A stretch of 64,000 bases of DNA from a virus (IMGVR_UViG_3300012983_000003:1-64000), one strand, 5' to 3'; numbered from the stretch's first letter, positions 25,790-35,455 are shown. A program made the numbers and translations. Notes: generated by a model not told the origin, from the letters alone.

Positions 25790-26090
25790 TTCTGGCTGAA
25801 AAAGCAATTTAAGGAAATGAAGCTTCTTGCTGATAGCAGAAGTAACTCTTTGTCAAGAGGAAGAATGTGCAGCAGGCGATGAGCGAGCCCTGCAATGCAG
25901 GTGATTGCCGGGTAGTTACAGGGGAAACTTCGACGGTAGCACGGAGGAAGCGTTGCATTGCAACATCTCATCCTCCATTGCCCACCCCTGTCTCCTGAGC
26001 TGTCCACTCCTGCGTCAGGAAAGATGAAGGCGAACCTTCACCTCCTTCCTATATGAGATTACAGGTAATAACTTTTAGGTGGTGATACAT
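25790..26090 (+). other. Structured non-coding island (hairpin-element copy at 25822-25842, GTTGCATTGCAAC at 25942-25954, ctgcaatgcag palindrome)
   Basis: No credible ORF; shared motifs. Confidence 0.4.
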
Positions 26091-26092
26091 AA

Positions 26093-26452
26093 ATGGCAAA
26101 ACAAATCACAGATATGGAAACTTGGTTATTGGATAACGAAGGTAGAATATTTCGTTATGTGATATACCGAAGAATGTTCACTCCATACGAGCAAGAACGC
26201 GCTTTTTCAGACGAGTCACAATACGAAGATTATCACTTCACTTTTGGATTTATTGAAGAAGCAATCGACCTTGGCGGTGGTGAATGGTTACTTGGGTTCC
26301 GCAAAATTATCGACGGAGAAACATCTGATGAGATTGAATATTGTAGATTGAGCGAAATCCGACTGTCGTGTTTTGATTGCGACCAAGATATGTTCACCGA
26401 AAAGGATGATGAGGAGGGTGATTACGAATGGCTGACGCAGACAGATGCGTAA
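26093..26452 (+). CDS. Hypothetical protein
   Basis: ORF with RBS. Confidence 0.4.
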   Translation: MAKQITDMETWLLDNEGRIFRYVIYRRMFTPYEQERAFSDESQYEDYHFTFGFIEEAIDLGGGEWLLGFRKIIDGETSDEIEYCRLSEIRLSCFDCDQDMFTEKDDEEGDYEWLTQTDA

Positions 26453-26676
26453 TGTGTGGAGAAATAATCACCGAGGGATATGGTCACACTTGCTACAAAT
26501 GCAATAATAAGCCGTTCCCAACCAAAACCAACCTGTATGATACCATTTGTGGTAAATTAACGGATTTTGAACACTGCAATGATAAAGAAACTACGGATGC
26601 CGATTGGCTACAGGAGTTCTATCATTTGCTTATTCGTATTCAAAACGCATTTGAGTGCGGAGAAATTACAATTTAA
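26428..26676 (+). CDS. Hypothetical Cys-rich small protein
   Basis: CVMCGE...CYKC. Confidence 0.35.
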   Translation: MADADRCVMCGEIITEGYGHTCYKCNNKPFPTKTNLYDTICGKLTDFEHCNDKETTDADWLQEFYHLLIRIQNAFECGEITI

Positions 26677-27102
26677 TATCTTGCCCGGTTGAGAAAACAT
26701 ACCACGGCTTTAGCGGCGGTCGGGCTCCAAGGCGTCAACGCCTTCCTCCTTTGTGCGTTGATGGGCGTTAAAGAAAAAGAGTAAGGTCGTGTCATAACGA
26801 CTGAAATGACATTTCGAGTTCTTTAACTTAATATTCGGGTTTGTTAAGTTAATGGTGTCTCTCAAACAGAGATATACCTGTGTGTTTCTGCGGAACACCT
26901 GTGTCAATGTCGAGGGATGTTTTTGACTCCTACATCCGAAGTCCTTGGTACAACGAGATGGGAAACACTTATCCCCCTGCTCTATTAAAACAGATGAAAT
27001 AGAATTCCGGTGTAAAGGCATAGGAGTGAGTCTGAGAGTGGAGTCGCTATTATGACAAAATAGGCAAACAAAATAATTTGAAGTCTAAGGAGATATGATT
27101 TA

Positions 27103-27951
27103 ATGGCATTAGGAATTTTAGCTGCTATCATTATTATCATTCTTGGCATCGTGGGTGCAGTCATTGCAAGTGTCGTAGACAACGGTGCCGTAAAGGTTGT
27201 CGGCGTTCTTTTATGTATCGCTATGGTTTTCGCATTTATTTGCGTACCTTTCAGTTTCCACACCGTTGACACTGGTGAGGTTGCGGTAGTTAAGCACTTA
27301 GGTAAAGCTAAGGAAGTTAAGACCGCAGGTACACACTACGATTTCTGGATGACAAATAAGTACCAGAAATATGACGGTAAGGTTCAGAACATTGATATTG
27401 AAACTGCCGCATATTCGAGCGATGCACAGACAATGACGGTGCAGATGACCCTACAGTATCAGGTTCTCACAGACAAAGTAATGGATATTGCTGCACAGTA
27501 TGGTACTCTTGACGCTCTTACTACACGAATTAACGCTATTGCGACAGAGAAAACCAAGTCTGTGTTATCCAGCCATAAGGCTATGGATATTATTGCTAAC
27601 CGTCAGGAGATGTCCCCTGCGGTAGAAGAGGCAATCCGTCAGGCTGTTGGTGAGGAATACTTTGTTAATGTAGTTGCTGTTGTTCTTACTAATATTGACT
27701 TCTCCGATGCGTTTGAAACCGCTGTTGAGGAGAAGATGATTGCTGAACAGAAGCAACTTAAGGCTGAATACGATGCTGCCGCCAAGGTTACTGCTGCCGA
27801 AGCAGAGGCTAAGGCAAATCAGCTCCTCGAGAAGTCCCTTACTGATAAGATTTTGGAAGAAATGTTTATCGACAAGTGGGATGGTAAGCTTCCCGAGGTT
27901 ATGGCTGGAGAAGACGGTCTCTCCATTTTATTACCCACAGACTCTGAATAA
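27103..27951 (+). CDS. SPFH/band-7 (prohibitin/HflKC-like) membrane protein
   Basis: N-terminal TM then SPFH-like core and A/E-rich coiled coil. Confidence 0.65.
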   Translation: MALGILAAIIIIILGIVGAVIASVVDNGAVKVVGVLLCIAMVFAFICVPFSFHTVDTGEVAVVKHLGKAKEVKTAGTHYDFWMTNKYQKYDGKVQNIDIETAAYSSDAQTMTVQMTLQYQVLTDKVMDIAAQYGTLDALTTRINAIATEKTKSVLSSHKAMDIIANRQEMSPAVEEAIRQAVGEEYFVNVVAVVLTNIDFSDAFETAVEEKMIAEQKQLKAEYDAAAKVTAAEAEAKANQLLEKSLTDKILEEMFIDKWDGKLPEVMAGEDGLSILLPTDSE

Positions 27952-27957
27952 TACATA

Positions 27958-27985
27958 GGGGTGGCACCGCAGAGCCACCCCGAAT
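27958..27985 (+). terminator. Stem-loop ggggtggc..gccacccc
   Basis: 8-bp GC stem. Confidence 0.4.
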
Positions 27986-28007
27986 ACAGAATAAACGAGG
28001 TTAAATT

Positions 28008-29210
28008 ATGATTGAATTACGAGGAAAGTATGGCGAAGCAAAGGTTTACACCGATGTAGTTGACAACGAGTCAATTTCTCAGGTTATTAACCTTTTGAAC
28101 CAACCCTATGTTGAGGGTAGCCGAGTGCGTATAATGCCCGATATTCACGCTGGTGCCGGTTGTACTATCGGTACTACAATGACCATCCAAGATAAGATTT
28201 GTCCTAATCTTGTTGGAGTTGACATCGGTTGCGGTATGGAAACAATCCGTATCAAAGAGAAACATATCGAACTTCAGAGTCTCGATAAGTTAATTCGCAA
28301 TGAAATCCCGTCTGGTTTTGCAATTCGTAATAAACCTCACAGATACAACGAGCAAATTGATTTAGACAGTTTATACTGTGCTAAACATATTAAGCTCGAC
28401 AGAGCAAGACTGAGTGTAGGCACTCTCGGTGGTGGAAATCATTTCATCGAAGCCAATAAGGACGATGATGGTAATATCTACATTGTCGTACACTCAGGAA
28501 GCAGACACCTTGGTTTAGAAATCGCAAATTACTACCAAGAGGCAGGTTACAAAGCCCTTACTTCATTTAATAAAGCTGAGATTGACGCAGTAATAGCGCA
28601 ACTCAAATCTGACGGAAGACAATCCGAAATTCAAAAGGTGCTCAAGGGTATGAAGAAACATACCTCAATTCCTAAACCTCTCGCGTATGTTGAGGGCGAG
28701 CTTTTAGACCAATATCTGCACGATATGAAGATTGCGCAAGAATTTGCAATGTATAACCGTAAGGCTATGATTGATGTAATAGTCAAAGGTCTCGGACTTC
28801 ATATCACAGAGCAATTCACAACTATCCATAACTATATTGATATTGAGAATAAGATACTTCGTAAAGGTGCGGTTTCTGCACAAGACGGAGAGGTTCTGCT
28901 CATTCCAATCAATATGAGAGACGGAAGTTTGGTCTGCGTTGGTAAAGGCAACGAGGACTGGAATTACTCTGCTCCGCACGGTGCGGGTCGGTTAATGAGC
29001 CGAAGCGCCGCAAAAGAGACATTTACCGTGTCGGAATTTAAAAAGCAAATGGAAGGCATATATACCACCTCGGTCGGTCATAGTACGCTTGACGAATGTC
29101 CTATGGCGTATAAGCGCATCGAAGACATCGTGGATAATATATCGCCTACCGTTGATATAAAGGCGATTATTAAGCCAATCTATAACTTTAAGGCTGGTGA
29201 AGAGAGTTAA
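28008..29210 (+). CDS. rtcB: RtcB-family RNA 3'-phosphate ligase
   Basis: MPDIHAGAGCTIG, GGNHFIE, NYSAPHGAGR. Confidence 0.85.
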   Translation: MIELRGKYGEAKVYTDVVDNESISQVINLLNQPYVEGSRVRIMPDIHAGAGCTIGTTMTIQDKICPNLVGVDIGCGMETIRIKEKHIELQSLDKLIRNEIPSGFAIRNKPHRYNEQIDLDSLYCAKHIKLDRARLSVGTLGGGNHFIEANKDDDGNIYIVVHSGSRHLGLEIANYYQEAGYKALTSFNKAEIDAVIAQLKSDGRQSEIQKVLKGMKKHTSIPKPLAYVEGELLDQYLHDMKIAQEFAMYNRKAMIDVIVKGLGLHITEQFTTIHNYIDIENKILRKGAVSAQDGEVLLIPINMRDGSLVCVGKGNEDWNYSAPHGAGRLMSRSAAKETFTVSEFKKQMEGIYTTSVGHSTLDECPMAYKRIEDIVDNISPTVDIKAIIKPIYNFKAGEES

Positions 29211-29373
29211 TGAGTAAGATAGTAGATTTTGCAAATCCTCCCGAGCCAGAATTGTCTGGGCAAGACACCATACTTCTTGCTTGGCTTCAGGATACCCCGG
29301 AAGAAGAGTTGTCAACTGAGATGCTTAAGGCGATGGACGAAGTTGATAAAGATTTATTTAAGGGGTGTTTCTG
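29211..29373 (+). CDS. Hypothetical small protein (53 aa)
   Basis: Short ORF, not in the track. Confidence 0.25.
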
Positions 29374-29374
29374 A

Positions 29375-29527
29375 TGACAGAGTTAAAGAAATCCATTTGT
29401 GACAAGGCTTATGACCTCATTTTCTTGTTGGATAGCGTTACCGACGACGAAGAATTCGTTGATACGGTAATTGGGTGTTTGTCTTGTAATGACACCGAAA
29501 CGCTACAAGAATTGAGAGAAGAGCTTT
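29375..29527 (+). CDS. Hypothetical small protein (50 aa)
   Basis: Short ORF. Confidence 0.25.
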
Positions 29528-29563
29528 AAAAAAAATACACTATTACATCATTCGGAGGTAGTT

Positions 29564-30202
29564 ATGAATTTAAAAGAGTCTTTCCGTTATCAAAACTTTT
29601 TAGATGACAAGTTAAACGAAGCTCGTTATAGCATCGGCGACCGTAACCACGCACTAAAGGTTACTAAGTTACATCTCAAGAAAAAGGCAAACCCTGATGC
29701 AGAAGACATCACAGAGGTTGTCGAAGTTGAGGACTTTATCCCTAACGACGATGTAGTCGCATTTATGTGTTGGCTTGTCGAAGAGCGCCAGAAGCTCACA
29801 GAGGCTATTTTCAAGGCGAAAGCTTCTCTTGGTTTTTGCCTCGACGCTGCTTTGGAAACCAATAAATTCCGTCAGCACGCAAGCTCCGCGGTCAAGGGTA
29901 TGTTAAGATTTACCCCCAGCAAGAAGACTGAGCAGGGTCGTGATTATAAATTCAATGTTGAAGGTAATCAGACTCCTTACTATTACGAGATTGAAACTTC
30001 TCTCGAAGAGAATTTCGACCGTGATACTGCGAAGAAGGTTGTTCGTGATATGATTACGAAAGCCGACAAAACTTCTGCTGATATTGACTCCGCTATGATT
30101 AACACCGTTGTTGATTATGAGCCTGTGTTCGATGTCAATGACTCCTTCGAGGATGTTATGGCAGAGTTTACCGCTAAGGTTTTACCCACTCTCGCAAACT
30201 AA
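29564..30202 (+). CDS. Hypothetical protein
   Basis: ORF with GGAGG RBS. Confidence 0.45.
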   Translation: MNLKESFRYQNFLDDKLNEARYSIGDRNHALKVTKLHLKKKANPDAEDITEVVEVEDFIPNDDVVAFMCWLVEERQKLTEAIFKAKASLGFCLDAALETNKFRQHASSAVKGMLRFTPSKKTEQGRDYKFNVEGNQTPYYYEIETSLEENFDRDTAKKVVRDMITKADKTSADIDSAMINTVVDYEPVFDVNDSFEDVMAEFTAKVLPTLAN

Positions 30203-30207
30203 AAAAC

Positions 30208-30236
30208 AAGAGCCGATTTTCGGCTCTCTGTTTTGG
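30208..30236 (+). terminator. Rho-independent terminator agagccg-atttt-cggctct + ctgtttt
   Basis: Perfect 7-bp stem plus T-run. Confidence 0.7.
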
Positions 30237-30239
30237 GTA

Positions 30240-30764
30240 GAAATTAAGGATAAGATTTGAGTTTAGCGTTTGACAGTACGCAACTGTTAGTTATTAGCGA
30301 TAATAACTTTTATCTAAATTTTAGCAGGTCTCGCGCTAAGGTCTTAGACCCCGTACACGAACTTGATAATATATTAGAAAATCAATGCCTTCGGGCTTTG
30401 GGAGTGCTTAATGCAAGTGTTTCCACCGTAAAAGAAGATGCACGAACCGTATCACGAACCGTAAGTTCGATATTCATTATTCTTTCTTGCGTTACAACAT
30501 CATCCACTGGTGAGTCAATATACCGCTACTCCGCAATTCAGCATTTGCTCACCGCTATGTTGTTAGGCGATGACATTACTATTGCCTCCATTCTTTGAAT
30601 ACTAAAAATTCAAATTAACAGAAATTTTAATGAACAAGATAGTTGAATTAACTATTGTACTTAATTGTTTGTAATACACAAACATCTCTTTTCTAAACCC
30701 AAAGAATTGAATTGGTTTCTACTCAAAACAGAGAGTCGAACAAGAATACTACAGGAGGTTATGC
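30240..30764 (+). other. Non-coding island with palindromes (agttatta-gcga-taataact; ggtcttagacc), direct repeat cacgaaccgta x2, UUCG-type hairpin
   Basis: The 30257-30598 ORF is unlikely to be coding. Confidence 0.35.
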
Positions 30765-31222
30765 CGGTGAAATATGTCGCAGTTAAACATCAACCCGACA
30801 ATGATATTTCGTATTGGTTTGAAGTACCGTGCAACTTAGAAGACGCTGTTGCTGTCGGTAAAGATGTGCTTTGTAATACAAGACGCGGTGATATGACTGG
30901 ATACATCGTCTCAATAATGGACGGAGTTCCAGAAGATGTAGCCGTTAGGATTATTGGAAATAGATTTCCGTTAAAGAACATTCTTGCTGTTTCGGCAGAG
31001 TTCAAGGTTCCCGATATTTTTGTACCGTGGGAACTCACACAGGAAATGCCCGAACCCGATGAAATTGCACAGCGTATCAATGAGTTTTACGAATACGGTA
31101 GTTTTAGAATACCAGTTTCATTTACAGATACGGGTACATTACTCGACGGATATTCGGCATACCTTGTAGCTAAAATGTTTGGACACGAAACCCTAAAGGG
31201 TTATTGTGTATCATCACAATGA
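30765..31222 (+). CDS. Hypothetical protein
   Basis: ORF; AGGAGG RBS before ATG at 30765. Confidence 0.45.
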
Positions 31223-31242
31223 TATAGAAAGGAGTGTTTTCA

Positions 31243-32007
31243 ATGCTCTATTTTACTGGAGATTGTCACGCTGAGTGGGCGCAGAAGTTTTCTACCGATG
31301 CTTTCCCCGAGCAGAAAGAAATGACAAGAGACGATTTCGTAATTGTGTGCGGAGACTTCGGTATTTGGCACGACACAAAAAGTGAGAAATGGTGGTTAAA
31401 TTGGCTTGAAGACAAGCCTTTTACCCTGTGCTTTGTTGACGGAAACCACGAGAACTTTGACCGTCTTTACAGCGATGAGTTCGAGGTGGTTGATTTCCAC
31501 GGTGGTAAAGCACATAAAATCCGTGAGAATGTCTACCACTTAATGCGCGGTTATATCTTTGATATTTGTGGCAAAAAGATTTTCGCTTTCGGCGGTGCAA
31601 GTAGTCACGATATTCAAGACGGTATCATTGACCGTGAGGATTTTGATAGTGACAAGGAATTTAATGATACCATTAACGACTGGTATTTAAAAGATAAATG
31701 GTTCAGAATTAACCATATTTCTTGGTGGGCACAAGAGATGCCGAGCCAAGAGGAAATGGATTTTGGGCTTAAAACACTTGCCGATAACGGCAACAAAGTA
31801 GATTACATTGTAAGCCACTGTTGCCCGCAGGAAGTCGCTTCGATTTTCTCTCACGGTTCCTACAAACCCGACCAGCTCACACAGTATTTCAACGATGTGA
31901 AGAATACGGTTGAGTTTGATAAGTGGTTCTTCGGACATTACCACGATAACCAGCAGATACTTGGTAACTTCTACTTGTTATATGAGCAGATTGTGAGGGT
32001 TGTATAA
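31243..32007 (+). CDS. Calcineurin-like metallophosphoesterase
   Basis: LYFTGDCH, VCGDFG, GNHEN. Confidence 0.65.
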   Translation: MLYFTGDCHAEWAQKFSTDAFPEQKEMTRDDFVIVCGDFGIWHDTKSEKWWLNWLEDKPFTLCFVDGNHENFDRLYSDEFEVVDFHGGKAHKIRENVYHLMRGYIFDICGKKIFAFGGASSHDIQDGIIDREDFDSDKEFNDTINDWYLKDKWFRINHISWWAQEMPSQEEMDFGLKTLADNGNKVDYIVSHCCPQEVASIFSHGSYKPDQLTQYFNDVKNTVEFDKWFFGHYHDNQQILGNFYLLYEQIVRVV

Positions 32008-32213
32008 TGGACGACATCACATTAGAAAAGGTTAATACATACAGACAACACAATAAACGATGTAGGACTTGCAGATTTGCTCACGCAAGCACATACTTCT
32101 GGTCTTGCGAAGCAAAACAGCAATTATTCCATAGTAAATTACAAGAAACCCGTTTCCGTGGTATGTTTTGTAATTTATATGAAGCAAGAAAGTATGGTGA
32201 GAGAGTATTTTGA
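32007..32213 (+). CDS. Hypothetical small Cys-rich protein
   Basis: ORF. Confidence 0.3.
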   Translation: MDDITLEKVNTYRQHNKRCRTCRFAHASTYFWSCEAKQQLFHSKLQETRFRGMFCNLYEARKYGERVF

Positions 32214-32569
32214 ACAGAGAACAAAGACGCAAGATGATTAAAATTGCAACGAAGAACGGCGTAAGTAAAGAACACGCTAAGGCTTACGCTGTGATTTCTC
32301 AAGGCACAGGTACTCATACCGAAGCCAAACATTTTGAGGAAGACGACAAGTTAATGCTGGATATTACCGCGATTAAAAATCGTAAGAATTATCCCGTAAT
32401 GAACCAGAAATACAAAGACTTTGTGGAGTCCAGCGAGGGCAAAATCTTTACGGCTCATAAAGAAAATACTAATATGATTAGCCTTAAAGAAGAACCGCAG
32501 TGGTTGTTCTGGAGTGGAGACTTAATCAAGGTTGAGGAGGTTTCGGAGGATGCACGAGAGGTTCAATAA
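32210..32569 (+). CDS. Hypothetical protein
   Basis: ORF. Confidence 0.4.
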   Translation: MNREQRRKMIKIATKNGVSKEHAKAYAVISQGTGTHTEAKHFEEDDKLMLDITAIKNRKNYPVMNQKYKDFVESSEGKIFTAHKENTNMISLKEEPQWLFWSGDLIKVEEVSEDAREVQ

Positions 32570-32852
32570 GAAATACCGTGCAGTATCTGTGAAGTCTACA
32601 GATAATCGTGAGGTGCACGATAATATTCGGGGTAAAATTTGTTACCCTGCGTATTTTAAAGTCGGTGAGCGTGGCTGGTTTTTATGTGAAATGTCCGATA
32701 TTTTATTCCCAACTCCCGTTCACAGAATGAATACTTCTACCGTGAGGAAGGTTGAATATTACGATAACGGGTTTACTGTTTTCACCGAAAACACAACCTA
32801 TGAGTTCGAGGAAGTTGATGACGAAGAAGTTGATGTAGATGCCGAGTCTTAA
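32532..32852 (+). CDS. Hypothetical protein
   Basis: ORF. Confidence 0.4.
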   Translation: MRRFRRMHERFNKKYRAVSVKSTDNREVHDNIRGKICYPAYFKVGERGWFLCEMSDILFPTPVHRMNTSTVRKVEYYDNGFTVFTENTTYEFEEVDDEEVDVDAES

Positions 32853-33114
32853 AGATTTTGGTATTGAACTTCAGAGTTTTGCACCGATACCAAATAGTAT
32901 TATTGTAGGTACTTTTGATTTCGATAAAATAGATTTAGCAACCTTACAACAAATCGGCAAAAATATTCAAGCTGCATTTGATGAACAGGGCGCGAATTAC
33001 AGGTTGGTTTTTATACCCAATAATGTATCGTTGCAGAGGTTAGAAGCACGTGGGTTGTATGAAATTCGTAAAACGATTGATGAAATAATAAAGGGGTGTA
33101 AAATCAATGTATAA
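32839..33114 (+). CDS. Hypothetical protein
   Basis: ORF. Confidence 0.4.
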   Translation: MPSLKDFGIELQSFAPIPNSIIVGTFDFDKIDLATLQQIGKNIQAAFDEQGANYRLVFIPNNVSLQRLEARGLYEIRKTIDEIIKGCKINV

Positions 33115-33484
33115 AAAGTGTGAAGTCTGTGGTTCAGATAAGCGCGTTTACCAGAAGCGTTACATTGATGGTAATGATGTATGGGTATGTGATGATTGCA
33201 AAACAAGGTTTGACCACGACGAAATTGAAAAACGCCTTGGCTCTGTCGAGAAGGCTTGTGACTTCAAAGACTGGAAATCTTCAGATATGTCTGAGGCTTT
33301 CTGGATACACCTTGGTAAATACCAGAAACGCCCTAATAGATACAGCCTTACAATTATGCTTCGTGCGTTCACTTGGGCTTGTCACGCCGACCACGGATTA
33401 AGTAATAGCTTTAGCAATGCTATGAAATGGTGTGGCATTGATTGGGTTAAAGAAAAGAACCGCAAAGATTTACCGGAGGTATAA
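33107..33484 (+). CDS. Hypothetical protein with N-terminal zinc ribbon
   Basis: CEVCGS...CDDC. Confidence 0.4.
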   Translation: MYKKCEVCGSDKRVYQKRYIDGNDVWVCDDCKTRFDHDEIEKRLGSVEKACDFKDWKSSDMSEAFWIHLGKYQKRPNRYSLTIMLRAFTWACHADHGLSNSFSNAMKWCGIDWVKEKNRKDLPEV

Positions 33485-33485
33485 A

Positions 33486-34019
33486 ATGACCGACGATAGA
33501 GATATTTTAGGGGTAGTTTGTAAGGACTATTCAGCAAACGAGCATACACCAAGGGATTTTAAGATTAACCTGTGTTCTCAGTGTGGAAAACCTATCAATA
33601 AAGTATATCCAGACAATACCTGTCAAGGTTGCTACAATTACTTCCGCAAAGGCGGTACAATAAATCCGACCCCGAAGCACGGCGAGATTACTCGTGATGC
33701 TCGGGGTTTTGTTATATGTCATATTTGTGGCAGGGCTTTCAAGAGACTCGGCTCTCATATTAAAGAGAGCCACGGTCTTACGATTGCTCAATATAAAGAA
33801 ATGTTCGGGCTTTGTAACAACGCAAAGACTACCGAACACACCTACTCTCAACATATGAGAGATTTGGCATACCGTTATGATATGCCTCAGAGATTGCAGG
33901 AAACTGGTCGAGAGACGCGAATTAAGAAGGGCGATAAAACACTTAGGCTCGGTAAGAAATCGCGTTTACAGGAGTGTCTCGACCGTTCTAAGCGGTATTT
34001 AGAGGTGAAATCAAATTGA
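33486..34019 (+). CDS. Ros/MucR-family zinc-finger DNA-binding protein
   Basis: CHICGRAFKRLGSHIKESHGLTIAQYKEMFGL matches the Ros/MucR C2H2 domain. Confidence 0.6.
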   Translation: MTDDRDILGVVCKDYSANEHTPRDFKINLCSQCGKPINKVYPDNTCQGCYNYFRKGGTINPTPKHGEITRDARGFVICHICGRAFKRLGSHIKESHGLTIAQYKEMFGLCNNAKTTEHTYSQHMRDLAYRYDMPQRLQETGRETRIKKGDKTLRLGKKSRLQECLDRSKRYLEVKSN

Positions 34020-34166
34020 TAAGATTTGAAAAGATTAAAGCTATGAGCTTAGAAGAATTAGGATACTTTCTTTCAGATATCCAGTGGGATAGCAATGAAC
34101 CAACCGGGCAAGAAATGATTGCTTGGTTATTAGAAGAATGGAAAGACGAAGACGAGGAGTGAGTAT

Positions 34167-34385
34167 ATGAAAGACCATATAGAGTGGAATAAACATATCA
34201 CTCTACTTTTACGTATCGCCTCCGAAAAGAAAGTTCCAGAGTGGAGATTTGGTCAGTTGATTGAAAATCTCAAACGATATATGGGTTCTGATGACCTGTT
34301 TTATGTTGAGGATTGGATGTTAGCCGAGGCAATTATCAACTTCTTTGATTTAGACGAGGAATTTAGAAAGGATGTGGAGAAATGA
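34167..34385 (+). CDS. Hypothetical small protein
   Basis: ORF. Confidence 0.4.
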   Translation: MKDHIEWNKHITLLLRIASEKKVPEWRFGQLIENLKRYMGSDDLFYVEDWMLAEAIINFFDLDEEFRKDVEK

Positions 34386-34777
34386 ACGAAAGGCGTGTTC
34401 CTTTAACAGACGAAGAGCCAAAGCATAAGAAGAAATCTACCGCTAAGGGCTTACCAAGGTCGAAGCATAAACATCAATACGAAACGGTTTTGCTTTCTCA
34501 TTTCTACCATCACCCAGATATACATACTGGCAAAGAGAAAACGATGGAAATTCGTATTCCAACTAAGGTATGTATGATTTGCGGTCGTGTTGAACACACA
34601 GATAGAGACCCGTCTTATTATATCGAAATACCAAGCTCTCACCCGTGGCTTGGTTCCTCGAAAAAGCTTAGCGAAAAGGCTTTGAATTTGCCAAAGTGGT
34701 ATGTTGATGATTACTTTGATAAATTCGCTAAAGAAGGAATTTCGGAGGCGTCTGCTTATGCCAAACAAACCGATTAA
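34382..34777 (+). CDS. Hypothetical protein
   Basis: ORF. Confidence 0.4.
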   Translation: MNERRVPLTDEEPKHKKKSTAKGLPRSKHKHQYETVLLSHFYHHPDIHTGKEKTMEIRIPTKVCMICGRVEHTDRDPSYYIEIPSSHPWLGSSKKLSEKALNLPKWYVDDYFDKFAKEGISEASAYAKQTD

Positions 34778-35078
34778 AATAATTAAAAATTGTCACTTCT
34801 GTGCGAACCGTCACGGTTGCAGATATGATTTTGACAAGATGTTTGAAGTGCGCCACGGGTATATGTTTAAATCCGAATGTAAGCACTGGCGTATTGGAGG
34901 GTGTTTGTTCTGCAAACACCTCACAGATACCGAAGAAAACTGGTTCCACAGAGGGTGCGAGACTTGGTGTTTCGGCGGATGTAAGAAATTTAAACGAAAC
35001 TGGAAGCGCACATTCAGGTGGTTAATTCACAAAGAGTTTGTTTTGGATGACAGACTCTATAAGATAATAAAAGATTAG
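34758..35078 (+). CDS. Hypothetical Cys/His-rich protein
   Basis: CHFC...CKH...CLFC.. Confidence 0.4.
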   Translation: MPNKPIKIIKNCHFCANRHGCRYDFDKMFEVRHGYMFKSECKHWRIGGCLFCKHLTDTEENWFHRGCETWCFGGCKKFKRNWKRTFRWLIHKEFVLDDRLYKIIKD

Positions 35079-35119
35079 TTTGGTGGTTATTAGGTTATGT
35101 ATGAGTCTGAAAGGAGAAA

Positions 35120-35455
35120 ATGATGACTTGCAAATATTTTGATAAAAAACTCGAAGTAATGCAGGCTTATATCAGATGTTTATATTCGTTAGATGGTTGT
35201 GCAACTGGCGGTATGTTACATATTCTCCTTGACGACGACAACTATGATGACGAATGTATTGCGTTTTGTCTTAGTGAGTGTTTAAAACATCCGTTAAAAC
35301 CCGAGGCGCGAATTGGTAAATTGATTTGTGAGGAATACCTCACCCTGCCTTTAGAGCAAAGGAGATTACTCCGTAGCGAGTATATCGGTCACTGGAGTTG
35401 CATTTCTGGAGATTGCTCTCGCTGTTTAATACAGATAGGAGATGAATTTGAATGA
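35120..35455 (+). CDS. Hypothetical Cys-rich protein
   Basis: ORF. Confidence 0.4.
   Translation: MMTCKYFDKKLEVMQAYIRCLYSLDGCATGGMLHILLDDDNYDDECIAFCLSECLKHPLKPEARIGKLICEEYLTLPLEQRRLLRSEYIGHWSCISGDCSRCLIQIGDEFE

Noticed and set aside
30257-30598. 113-aa plus-strand ORF
   Set aside because: No RBS, odd composition, and it sits in a palindrome-rich intergenic island after a strong terminator.
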